A stretch of DNA of 63,400 bases, filler included, from Octopus bimaculoides (taxonomy: Eukaryota): the NCBI RefSeq assembly GCF_001194135.2. It is 4 parts of 4 records of this genome, joined end to end, with 100 filler letters (N's around TTAATTAATTAA, not from the genome) between each part and the next. Parts side by side here need not be neighbours in the genome. Positions count along the whole stretch, not along the records: positions 17,046 to 41,779 come from NC_068984.1; positions 41,880 to 61,519 come from NC_069010.1; 2 more parts are not named here. One strand, given 5' to 3'. Shown here piece by piece: positions 41,240-51,301 of this stretch. The notes beneath the pieces were generated by a model. That model saw only the letters and a program-made list of their open reading frames with translations. It was not told the DNA's origin and did no database searches. The stretch's first letter is position 1. Each line of letters begins with the position of its first letter. A program made the position numbers and the translations under genes.

Positions 41240-41435
41240 CTTTTGTCCCTATGTCAGAAGGAGGCTATGTGATTGGCGTAGCGATTTTTAAATTCGCCTT
41301 CACATAATCCAATGTAGGGTTTCCTATCAGTTGTATTATTATTTAGGGCTGCAGTAACTTCTGCCTCATATATAATAGATTTTGTCATACATTGTTGGTC
41401 AAATGGACAGGATCCTGGGTCGCGACAGTTGCAAC
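41240..41435 (-). mobile_element. Penelope-like element GIY-YIG endonuclease fragment
   Basis: CNCRDPGSCPFDQQCMTKSIIYEAEVT...YIGLCEGEFKNRYANH. Confidence 0.85.
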
Positions 41436-41779
41436 AGGATTCAGCTTGCTTACCAACCATATGGTTCCGAGTTCAGTCCCGATGCATGGAACCTTGGGCA
41501 AGTGTCTTCTACTATAGCCTAGGGCAGAAAAATGCCCGTGTTATTTGAATACTATACATATATGTCTTTAAAAAGACTTTTCTTTTAAATTTACCAAAAT
41601 TTAATTTTTCAATAATTTTTCAAAAATTTATTATTCACATTTACTGTTGAAAAGATCTCAAGGATCGAAACTGGTTCTGTAATGTTCTTTATAAAAGTAC
41701 TTTAGCATTTTCTACTTTGTCTTTTTTCCATATATATCTACTCTTGTGTTCCTCTTCAACCTTTTACATATATGTATAT

Positions 41780-41879
41780 NNNNNNNNNNNNNNNNNNNNN
41801 NNNNNNNNNNNNNNNNNNNNNNNTTAATTAATTAANNNNNNNNNNNNNNNNNNNNNNNNNNNNNNNNNNNNNNNNNNNN
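41780..41879. other. Artificial scaffold-join linker
   Basis: 44 N + TTAATTAATTAA + 44 N. Confidence 0.93.
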
Positions 41880-42262
41880 TTAGTCACAATTTATGTTCCT
41901 AATACTAGCTTAATGATAACTAAGTTATTTTACTAAATTCTTTGTTATATTTAAAATTAACTGAAAGAAACACAAAGCATCTCAACAGAAATATGGTAAC
42001 AAAAGGGTTAAAATATATAATAGAGAAACAATTCTTAACCCTTTTGATGCCAACCTGGTTGAAACCACCTCTGGCTCTGAGTACAAATGTCTTGTTTTCA
42101 TAAGTTTTGAATTAAAATCTTCCACCAAACCTTAGTCACAATTTATGTTCCAAACAGTAGCTTAATGATAACTAAGTTATTTTACTAAATTCTTTTTTAT
42201 ATTTAAAATTAGTTGAAAGAAACACAGAGCATCTCAAAATAAATAGTTGTATGAAAGAGTTA
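41880..42262. mobile_element. Two adjacent piggyBac-like MITE copies, the first cut by the linker
   Basis: Ends aaagggTTAA (42011) and TTAAcccttt (42035); internal ttagtcacaatttatgttcc...agcatctcaa is duplicated. Confidence 0.65.
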
Positions 42263-42433
42263 ATGCCAGTAATATGAAACTTGCTTTTCAAAGTTAAAGC
42301 AATTTTTGTTTGCCAACTATATGCAAATTCTAATGAATAAATATCACTGGGGTACATTGACAACACTGGGGTAGATTGATAGCCCTGGAATAGGTACATT
42401 AACAGTGAAAAAGTTACATAAGAGAGAACTTAC

Positions 42434-42577
42434 CTTGTTTCCGACTGTGTCCATCATGTGGGCAGCCTTCAACACCAATAGGCGAGCCTGGTCAATGTCA
42501 ATACGACTCTCAGCAATGGCTGCTTGGACCAACCCTTGCTCTGAGAGGAGTTTGCCAAATGCAACTCTGTTAGAAGA
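42434..42577 (-). CDS. ACAD10: ACAD10/11 exon ([15 protein letters not shown]...[18 protein letters not shown]); downstream exons not found
   Basis: ttgtgcag|TCT acceptor and AAG|gtaagt donor; 144 bp, phase 0-0. Motifs RVAFGK and [12 protein letters not shown]. Confidence 0.95.
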
Positions 42578-42699
42578 CTGCACAAAAGACACACAGACAG
42601 ACTAATAAGACAGATATATTTCAATAGATATATACAAATATAAACACATACATACATATACATACATGCTTGTGTAGTAAATATATAGAAATATATACA

Positions 42700-42802
42700 T
42701 ATACCACTGCATGGCACCCTGGTTAAGTATGTTCTACTATAGCCTTGGGCCGACCAAAGCCTTGTGAGTGGATTTGGAAGACGGAAACTGAAAAAACCTT
42801 AT

Positions 42803-42839
<37 letters not shown>

Positions 42840-43410
42840 CTGTTTGTCCCCCCACCATCGCTTCAAAACCAATGTTGGTGTGTTTCTATCCCTGTAACTT
42901 AGCAGTTCGGTGAAAAGAGACCAACAGAATAAGAACTAGGCTTACAAAGAATAAGTCCTAGGGTTGATTCATTTGACTAAAAGGTGGTGCTCCAGCATGG
43001 CCATACTCAAAATGACAAAAGAATAAAAGAATATGTGTGTGTGTGGTAAGTAGCTTGCTTACAAACCACATGGTTCTGGGTTCAGTCCCACTGCATGGCA
43101 CCTTAGGTAAGTGTCTTCAGTTTCCATCAACTAAATCCACTCAAAAGACTTTGGTTGGCCTGGGGCAATAATAGACACTTGCCCAAGGTGCCATACAATG
43201 GGACTGCACCTGGAATCACGGGGTTGGGAAGCAAGCTTCTTAGCACACACACACATATATATACAACAGGCTTCTTTCAATTTCCGTCTAGCATATCCAC
43301 TCACAATGATTTGGTTGACCTGAGGCTATAGTAGCAGACACTTACCCAAGGTGCCATGCAGTGGGACTGAACCTAGAATCATGGGGTTGTGAATCAAGAT
43401 TCCTACCACA
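42700..43410. mobile_element. Cluster of SINE copies in both orientations inside an ACAD10 intron
   Basis: Plus copies at about 42700-42800 and 43040-43120; minus copies at about 43120-43250 and 43265-43410. Confidence 0.8.
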
Positions 43411-43450
43411 AAAAGAGTAAAGACATGCAAAGCTGCCTAAAAAAACTTAC

Positions 43451-43623
43451 CCTGGTTATCATTAGGGACAGAGCCCTCTCTGCCATTCCAATGAGACGCA
43501 TGCAATGATGAATTCGACCAGGTCCCAATCGCCCTTGTGCAATTTCAAAACCTCGGCCCTCACCGAGAAGGAGGTTTTCCACGGGAACCCTCACGTCCTG
43601 AAAAACCAGTTCACCATGTCCCA
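43451..43623 (-). CDS. ACAD10: ACAD10/11 exon ([13 protein letters not shown]...[22 protein letters not shown]...R)
   Basis: ctttcag|TG acceptor and AGG|gtaagt donor; 173 bp, phase 1-0. Family motif [19 protein letters not shown]. Confidence 0.96.
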
Positions 43624-43682
43624 CTGAAAGAGAGGGAAAGAAATTAGGGAAACCATGACATGACAAACAGATCAGTTGTTGA

Positions 43683-44015
43683 TGTCATGGCTAGACAACC
43701 TAGGGGTAAATTAGCAACCCTGAGGTACACTAACAGGCCAAAGGTACATTAACAGCCCCGGGGTACATTTACAACTCTGGAGTATGTTAACAGCTCTGCG
43801 ATACATGAACAGCCCTAGGGTACATCAACAGACCTGGGGTACACTAACAAGCCTGAGGTACATTAACAGCCCTATGGTACATTGACAACCCTGGGGTACA
43901 TCAATAGCCCTGGGGTACATTAACAGACCAAGGGTACATTAACAGGCCAGGGTACATTAACAAGCCAGGGTACATTAACAGCCTTGAGGAACCCCTAGGT
44001 TGTCTAGCCATGACA
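43683..44015. repeat. Fold-back element: perfect 25-bp terminal inverted repeats enclosing about 14 tandem 19-20-bp units
   Basis: tgtcatggctagacaacctaggggt (43683-43707) is the exact reverse complement of acccctaggttgtctagccatgaca (43991-44015); unit is about ggggtacattaacagccct. Confidence 0.92.
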
Positions 44016-44134
44016 ACCACAAGGTCAGTCTTGATCTGACAGACTAAAGATCAACAACGTTCCAATCATGACCATCCCATCTACTATTCAAATTGCAACA
44101 TTCAGTGACAGAAGGAGGGAGTCTATCCTAATTG

Positions 44135-44520
44135 GTTGCTAATTGTTGTTGTTGGCATCCTTTTGTCTCGGGAGACAATGAGGTTGTGCATCAGCATGGT
44201 GTCCTCTCGAGTTTTGCGCAGGCCTGGGCTAGATCTAAGAAAATCCCGGGTAGCCCAATCGTCAGGATTCCTCTCTCGACCTTGCTGACGTAATCCAAAG
44301 GAGTGCAGAGCATTACGTTTGGCCCCAGCTTGGTTGCAGGAGCTGCCGGAAGAGTGTCGAGTCGAACACTTAAACTGCCTACGGGGCTCCACTCCGGATT
44401 TCTTTGAAGGTTGTCTCCTTTCCGTAACCCTGGATAGGGGCCCGTACTGGGTGCTGTCAGCCGGAGCCAGCTGAGCCCGGGACTCGTGTCAAGCAGGGTC
44501 GTCACTCCCTGAAGTAGTGA
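44135..44520 (-). mobile_element. GC-rich interspersed repeat resembling an RTE-type 5-prime UTR or short non-autonomous derivative
   Basis: ccggcagctcctgcaaccaagctggggccaaacgt and cattgtctcccgagacaaaaggatgccaacaac resemble RTE 5-prime regions. Recalled similarity, not searched. Confidence 0.45.
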
Positions 44521-44618
44521 AGAAAATCGCTACCCACTACCTACTGTTGTTAATAACAGCCGTAAAAACCATGACATTGAAACTTGGTACAGTCCCTGGT
44601 TCATCCAGCCTTGATATA

Positions 44619-45152
44619 TAGGGTATTTGCAAAGTTACAATACAGTTATTTGTAATAAAGAAATATCTTGGTTAGACTAAAAAGACTTTCAGAAAATATA
44701 GTTATTACATCAGAAAATATTGTAACAATATAGACAACCCATTTCATTTACTACACGTATGATAAATGTTCAAATTGTAAGCCATTAGCTTCAATGCATT
44801 CTCGGCAACATCAAAGCACACTGTGACAAACTTTGGTTCACAAGTCTGGATCAAGGTTTGCAAAGGCATCAATAATGAACTGCCGAAGATCTTCAATACT
44901 TTTTGGCTTCCTTGACTTACAAACTGTTCACAAAATTGAGACCTGTGATCAGGGTCATCCTCAAGAAGTCCGTGAATCAGGCACGGAATGTAAGGTCTCA
45001 TATTGAGTTTTGTAAGTATTTTACGTGGGATGTTCATTTGGTACCAATTTCTGATCTACCACAGCAAATTTCATAGAGTTGTTTTCAGTATGCCCACTTC
45101 AATAGAGTTATTTTCAGCCTAACTGTATAGTAATAATTTTACAGACACCCTG
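44619..45152 (-). mobile_element. Internally deleted Tc1/mariner-superfamily transposon
   Basis: Imperfect TIRs tagggtatttgcaaagtta and cagggtgtctgtaaaatta, each flanked by TA; LNMRPYIPCLIHGLLEDDPDHRSQFCE resembles DUF4817-type transposases. Confidence 0.75.
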
Positions 45153-45304
45153 TATATGGAAGATGGACATTAAATAATGATGATATGATCAGTTCAATCT
45201 TCGTTACAAGCCACTGGAAAATCCCTCATTAGCTAATAAACACTTTTTTAACACTGTAGGACATCATTTGAAGGATTTTTAGGAGTTATCTCTAGCAAGC
45301 ACAG

Positions 45305-45479
45305 TCACAACACCGGTGCCCCTGGACTGGCTCTTGTGCGGGGCCGTCGTAAGATTTTCGAGCGAGATCGTTGCCAGTGCCCCTGGGCTGGCTCTTGTGC
45401 GGGTGGCACACAAGATGCACCATTTTGAGCGTGGCCGTTGCCAGTGCCGCCTGGCTGGCCATCGTGGGATTTTCGAGCG
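45305..45479 (+). repeat. GC-rich minisatellite of the RTE 3-prime-UTR family, running into a gap
   Basis: gtgcccctggactggctcttgtgcggg...ttttcgagcgagatcgttgcca units; reverse complement of 55860-56060. Confidence 0.7.
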
Positions 45480-46640
45480 NNNNNNNNNNNNNNNNNNNNN
45501 NNNNNNNNNNNNNNNNNNNNNNNNNNNNNNNNNNNNNNNNNNNNNNNNNNNNNNNNNNNNNNNNNNNNNNNNNNNNNNNNNNNNNNNNNNNNNNNNNNNN
45601 NNNNNNNNNNNNNNNNNNNNNNNNNNNNNNNNNNNNNNNNNNNNNNNNNNNNNNNNNNNNNNNNNNNNNNNNNNNNNNNNNNNNNNNNNNNNNNNNNNNN
45701 NNNNNNNNNNNNNNNNNNNNNNNNNNNNNNNNNNNNNNNNNNNNNNNNNNNNNNNNNNNNNNNNNNNNNNNNNNNNNNNNNNNNNNNNNNNNNNNNNNNN
45801 NNNNNNNNNNNNNNNNNNNNNNNNNNNNNNNNNNNNNNNNNNNNNNNNNNNNNNNNNNNNNNNNNNNNNNNNNNNNNNNNNNNNNNNNNNNNNNNNNNNN
45901 NNNNNNNNNNNNNNNNNNNNNNNNNNNNNNNNNNNNNNNNNNNNNNNNNNNNNNNNNNNNNNNNNNNNNNNNNNNNNNNNNNNNNNNNNNNNNNNNNNNN
46001 NNNNNNNNNNNNNNNNNNNNNNNNNNNNNNNNNNNNNNNNNNNNNNNNNNNNNNNNNNNNNNNNNNNNNNNNNNNNNNNNNNNNNNNNNNNNNNNNNNNN
46101 NNNNNNNNNNNNNNNNNNNNNNNNNNNNNNNNNNNNNNNNTTTTTTTTTTTTTTGTATTTGCTGCCAATAAGGTATTCCGTGCATGTGTGGTAATTTTTG
46201 AAAAATTAGACATATATGCACAAGTCATGTTCTCTAGGGAGTGCCTCGTGCATGCATGTCGGTCTAGGCTATTCTGCTGATGACAGTTGGCCTCGCAAAA
46301 TAACTTGTTTTGCTAAAATAACTTGAAACCTGGTTCGGAATATAGATGGTAAATGTTTTTTATTTTTCATTCCTTTTCAAAATTATCCCTAATTTTGTGG
46401 TGTAGAGCTTTGGCTGCTCTTTCTAGTGGGTTCGATGTCCTTTTATGGGCATCTCTAATGTGCATTAAATGTACACTGTATTTTATATGTGTATGTATGT
46501 AGGTATGTGTGTGTGTTGTGTGTATGTGTATCTTATACGTGTTATGTGTGCATGTGTTTTTTTTGTGGTGTGTGTGTGTTTGTGTGCCTGTGATGAGTGT
46601 AATCAGTGATATGTGTGCTTGCATGTGTGTGTGTGTGTGT

Positions 46641-47043
46641 GGAGGCGCAATGGCCTAGTGGTTAGGGCAGCGGACTCGCGGTCATAGGATCGCGGTTTCG
46701 ATTCCCAGACCGGGCGTTGTGAGTGTTTATTGAGCGAAAAACACCTAAAAGCTCCACGAGGCTCCGGCAGGGGGATGGTGGTGGCGAACCCTGCTGTACT
46801 CTTTCACCACAACTTTCTCTCTCTCTCTTTCTTCCTGTTTCTGTTGTGCCTGTAATTCAAAGGGGTCAGCCCTGTCACACTCTGAGTCACGCTGAATATC
46901 CCCCCGAGAACTACGTTAAGGGTACACGTATCTGTGGAGTGCTCAGCCACTTGCACGTTAATTTCACAAGCAGGCTGTTCCGTTGATCGGATCAACTGGA
47001 ACCCTCGACGTCGTAAGCGACGGAGTGCCAACAACAACAACAA
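46641..47043 (+). mobile_element. Young full-length tRNA-derived SINE
   Basis: A box TGGCCTAGTGG, B box GGTTTCGATTCC, intact CpGs and a (CAA)n tail. Confidence 0.88.
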
Positions 47044-47123
47044 AGTGTGTGTGTGTGTGTTTGTATGATAGTGCTTATGTGAGTCTGTGTGTGTGTGGTC
47101 AGAGAAAACCAAAGTGGACATAC

Positions 47124-47282
47124 CTGGGGCATCGTCATAGCCAAACACTGACAAAGGCCGGAGTATGTTGACCCCTTCTGTATCCATAGGAACCAGGATC
47201 ATACTCTGTTGGGCATGTTTGGGACCTTTGGGGTTTGTCTTGCCCATGAAAATGCAAATACGGCAGCGAGGATCCATGGCTC
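47124..47282 (-). CDS. ACAD10: ACAD10/11 exon ([15 protein letters not shown]...[12 protein letters not shown])
   Basis: tttaaag|GA acceptor and CCAG|gtatgt donor; 159 bp, phase 1-1. Motifs [17 protein letters not shown]. Confidence 0.95.
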
Positions 47283-47334
47283 CTTTAAAAAGACACACAA
47301 AAAATTAGAGGGTTCAAAGGTGTTGGGAGTCGGT

Positions 47335-47935
47335 TATTATTTGGGGGTCAGTGATTGCTAGGGATCAATAGATGTTAGGGATCAGTGGCTCTTAGGAGTC
47401 AGCATTTGTCAGAGGTCAGCAATTGTTACGGATCAGCAGTTGTTAAGGGTCAGTGGTTATTAGGGGTTCGCATTCTTATGGGTCAGCAGCTGTAAGGGGC
47501 TAGCAGTTGTTAGGGGCCAGTGGTTGTTAGGGGTTGTTGTTGTTAAGCATTGGTTAGGGTTTTCAACTTAATGTTGGGTTTTAAGGTTTAGTGTTGGAGT
47601 TTAAGGGTGGTTTTTAGGGATTAGGGTTAAAGTCTTGGGTAATAGGAGAGTTTAAGGCTTAAGTTTGGGCATGCAGGATCAAGATTAAGGGGTCAGTCGA
47701 GATAGGGGGGGTATATTAGAGTCGGTTTTGGCACTCAGGTTTTAAGAAACGGGGTTTAAAGTTCAAAATCAGGGTTCAAAGCTAAGGGAGAGTTTGGGGC
47801 TAAAAGGAGAGTTTAAGGTTTAAGTTTGGGTGTGCAGGGTCAAGATTAAGGGGTTAGTTGAGGTGGGAGAGACGTGTTAAAACTGGGGTTAAGATTTGCA
47901 AGTGAAAGATTAAAGCTAGGTAACAGGGCAAGAGT
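47335..47935 (+). repeat. Degenerate G/T-rich TTAGGG-like repeat tract
   Basis: Many ttaggg/ttaagg/ttgggt variants; a roughly 55-bp block is duplicated at 47642 and 47802. Confidence 0.65.
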
Positions 47936-47953
47936 TAAAGGCCCAACACTTAC

Positions 47954-48044
47954 CTGATGTCCACCACTTGTGTCCATTGATGACAAAATGGTCACCATCT
48001 CGTACAATCGAGGACTCAATGTTCGTTGCATCCGACGACGCCAC
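47954..48044 (-). CDS. ACAD10: ACAD10/11 exon ([31 protein letters not shown])
   Basis: Not in the ORF track; read by hand. gtccag|GTG acceptor and TCAG|gtaagt donor; 91 bp, phase 0-1. Motifs VASSDATN and INGHKWW. Confidence 0.95.
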
Positions 48045-48407
48045 CTGGACAGATAAATACAGCATAGAGGACGCTTTCGGTCAGTTAATGTTAGAAGAAA
48101 AAGGTGTCGGTTTATATAACTGTGGTGGTGATGGTGTCGATGGTGGTGACGGTGTCGATGGTGGTGATGGTGTCGATGGTGGTGATGGTGTAATGATAGT
48201 AGAGGTGGTGATGGTTTTTGATGGTGTGATGGTAGTGTGGTGGTGATGGTGGTGCTATTGGTGGTCATAGTGTANNNNNNNNNNNNNNNNNNNNNNNNNN
48301 NNNNNNNNNNNNNNNNNNNNNNNNNNNNNNNNNNNNNNNNNNNNNNGTGGTGGTGGTGGTGGTGGTGGTGATAGCAGTGGTGGTGTTGCTGGCGGTGTCA
48401 CAGTGGT

Positions 48408-48720
48408 GGTGAAGGTGCACAGGTAAGTGGTTAGGGTATTCGGTTAATGATCCTAGTAATGCATTGAGTCCTTGAGCAAGACACTTTATTTCCCGTTGCT
48501 CCAGTCCACTCAGCCGGTCAAGATGAGTTGTTACCTGTGATTCAAAAGGAGCCAGCCTTGTCATACTCTGTGTCATGGTGAATCTCCCTGAGAATTTACA
48601 CTAAGGCTATGCATGTCTGTGGAGAATTCAGCCACTTGCATGTTAATTTCCACGAGTAGGCTGTTCTGTTGATCGGATCAACTGGAACGCTTGTCATTGC
48701 AAACGACGGAGTGCCAAAAC
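48408..48720 (+). mobile_element. tRNA-derived SINE (46641 family)
   Basis: gagcaagacactttatttc...gctccagtccactcagc core and acgacggagtgcca tail. Confidence 0.8.
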
Positions 48721-48744
48721 GACAGCGATGACAGAGGGTGCGAC

Positions 48745-48864
48745 GGAGGCGGCAGTGGCAGCAATGGTGGAGGCAGCAATGGTGGAGGCAGCGATGGTGG
48801 AGGCAGCGATGGTGGAGGCAGCGATGGTGGAGGCAGCGATGGTGGAGGCAGCGATGGTGGAGGC
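48745..48864 (+). repeat. 15-bp minisatellite (GATGGTGGAGGCAGC)n running into a gap
   Basis: Direct reading. Confidence 0.92.
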
Positions 48865-49466
48865 NNNNNNNNNNNNNNNNNNNNNNNNNNNNNNNNNNNN
48901 NNNNNNNNNNNNNNNNNNNNNNNNNNNNNNNNNNNNNNNNNNNNNNNNNNNNNNNNNNNNNNNNNNNNNNNNNNNNNNNNNNNNNNNNNNNNNNNNNNNN
49001 NNNNNNNNNNNNNNNNNNNNNNNNNNNNNNNNNNNNNNNNNNNNNNNNNNNNNNNNNNNNNNNNNNNNNNNNNNNNNNNNNNNNNNNNNNNNNNNNNNNN
49101 NNNNNNNNNNNNNNNNNNNNNNNNNNNNNNNNNNNNNNNNNNNNNNNNNNNNNNNNNNNNNNNNNNNNNNNNNNNNNNNNNNNNNNNNNNNNNNNNNNNN
49201 NNNNNNNNNNNNNNNNNNNNNNNNNNNNNNNNNNNNNNNNNNNNNNNNNNNNNNNNNNNNNNNNNNNNNNNNNNNNNNNNNNNNNNNNNNNNNNNNNNNN
49301 NNNNNNNNNNNNNNNNNNNNNNNNNNNNNNNNNNNNNNNNNNNNNNNNNNNNNNNNNNNNNNNNNNNNNNNNNNNNNNNNNNNNNNNNNNNNNNNNNNNN
49401 NNNNNNNNNNNNNNNNNNNNNNNNNNNNNNNNNNNNNNNNNNNNNNNNNNNNNNNNNNNNNNNNNN

Positions 49467-49832
49467 TAGGTACCAAAACATCTGGGAGAGTGTTAATTTG
49501 TGATAGACTGGCATCTTATCCAGGGAGAGATTTATCTCTCAGCAGTGTTCCTGTGGCACAACACTATATTCTACATTACCTCAGTTCACACCTAGCTGTG
49601 GCAAGGGAGAGAGTAGGTTCCAAAACATCTGGGAGAGTGTTAATTTGTGATAGACTGGCATCTTATCCAGGGAGAGATTTATCTCTCACCAGTGTTCCTG
49701 TGGCACAACACTATATTCTACATTACCTCAGTTCACACCTAGCTGTGGCAAGGGAGAGATTAGGTACCAAAACATCTGGGAGAGTGTTAACATGTGATAG
49801 ACTGATGCCTTATCCAGGAGGAGATTTATCTC
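49467..49832 (+). repeat. 147-bp tandem repeat, 2.5 copies visible
   Basis: Unit starts at 49467, 49614 and 49761; the first two copies are nearly identical. Confidence 0.95.
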
Positions 49833-50004
49833 TCATCATTTTTATCATAAATTTAAGGTTAAAACACAGGATGGTCACTCAAATCTTGATCACTGCTTTG
49901 GACAAATTTTATTGTTTTTTTTCCTAATTTTACATCTTCTTTGCATGTTTACCTGTATGCTGTACTTTATTTCTGTATTCGTAGGTGTGATCTGATTCAA
50001 ACTG

Positions 50005-50565
50005 GACTCGCCTGGGGTTTAAACAACAACAGCAATAACAAGGAAGGACACATTAGATAATGTAGTCCAAGATGCACTATGCCTGAATAAAAGACAGGAT
50101 GGTCACAGCTGGAACATCTTTGATCATAGGTCTGCTGGATCAGAACTGGCCTGGGGCTAAACGACAACAAAGGACACATTAGGTAATGTAGTCCTAGATA
50201 CACTATGTCTGAATAAAAGGCAGGATGGTCACAGAAGGAACATCTGTGATCATAGGTCTGTCAGGGTCAAGATTGACCTGGGGCTAAACAACAATAAAGA
50301 AGGACACATTAGATAAAGTAGCCCTAGATACACTATGTCTGAATAAAAGACAGGATGGTCACAGCTGGAACATCACTGATCATAGATCTGCTGGATCAGG
50401 ACTGACCTGGGGCTAAACAGATACAACAGCAATAAAGGACACATTAGATAATGTAGTCCTAGATATACTATGCCTGAATAAAAGACAGGATAGTCACAGC
50501 TGGAACATCTTTGATCATTGGTCTGCTGGATCAGGACTGACCCGGGGTTAAACAACAACAACAAC
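50005..50565 (+). repeat. Tandem array (about 4.5 copies of about 130 bp) of an otherwise dispersed repeat
   Basis: aaggacacattagataatgtagtcctagatacactatgtctgaataaaagacaggatggtcacagctggaacatc...gacctggggctaaacaac is repeated; single copies occur elsewhere in the window. Confidence 0.9.
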
Positions 50566-50606
50566 AACAGCAGCAGCCACATGAAAGGGTGGACCAAATC
50601 ACTTAC

Positions 50607-50744
50607 CTGGGGTTCGGTCATAGCAAAGCAGGATCTAATTGCTCCATCAAGTAAAGGAGTTAACCATTTCTTCTTCTGGTCCTCAGTCCCATATTTCACC
50701 AACACCTCCATGTTTCCTGTGTCAGGAGCCGAACAATTAAACAC
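50607..50744 (-). CDS. ACAD10: ACAD10/11 exon ([20 protein letters not shown]...[10 protein letters not shown])
   Basis: caccag|GTG acceptor and CAG|gtaagt donor; 138 bp, phase 0-0. Carries the family motifs [11 protein letters not shown] and CFAMTEP. Confidence 0.96.
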
Positions 50745-50799
50745 CTGGTGGGAGACAGATTATAAGGGTCAACAATTTAAGAGCAAGGTAGAGAATTAA

Positions 50800-50955
50800 A
50801 GCAGGGCAGTGTGGTAAGTAGCTTGCTTACGAACCACATGGTTCTGGGTTCAGTCCCACTGCGTGGCACCTTGGGCAAGTGTCTTCTACTATAGCCTCGG
50901 GCCAACCAAAGCCTTGTGAGTGGATTTGGTAGACGGAAACTGAAAGAAGCCCGTC

Positions 50956-50991
<36 letters not shown>

Positions 50992-51130
50992 GTATGTGTG
51001 TGTATATGTTTGTGTGTCTGTGTTTGTCCCCCCCCCCCCNNNNNNNNNNNCCAACATCGCTTGACAACCAATGCTGGTGTGTTTAAGTCCCCGTAAGTTA
51101 GTGGTTCAGCAAAAGAGACCGATAGAATAA
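50800..51130 (+). mobile_element. SINE (ggcaagtgtcttctactatagcc family)
   Basis: ggtaagtagcttgctt...ggttcagtcccactgcgtggcaccttgggcaag...gaaagaagcccgtcg. Confidence 0.8.
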
Positions 51131-51301
51131 GTACACACACCCACATACACACCATCTATGCACACACACATACACACACCCACATACACATATACACACC
51201 ATCTATGTGCACACACATACACAGACACTCACACACATATGCACATACACACACACACACATGTACACGCGTGCAAAGACACTGACACACATAAACCTTA
51301 C

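Noticed and set aside
44400-44520. HDV-like ribozyme (GGGAGUG/CACUCCU P1 candidate; start resembles the trypanosome Pr77 signature)
   Set aside because: I could not place P3, L3 and P1.1 in the required order.
46641-46715. tRNA gene
   Set aside because: A and B boxes are present, but there is no cloverleaf acceptor stem and the sequence continues into a SINE body.
48691-49927. GGSDG-, VEAAM- or QRWWR-repeat proteins
   Set aside because: Products of a 15-bp minisatellite plus a gap inside an intron; no splice or start support.
49467-50565. CRISPR-like arrays
   Set aside because: Units are tandem without unique spacers, the context is eukaryotic and there are no cas genes.
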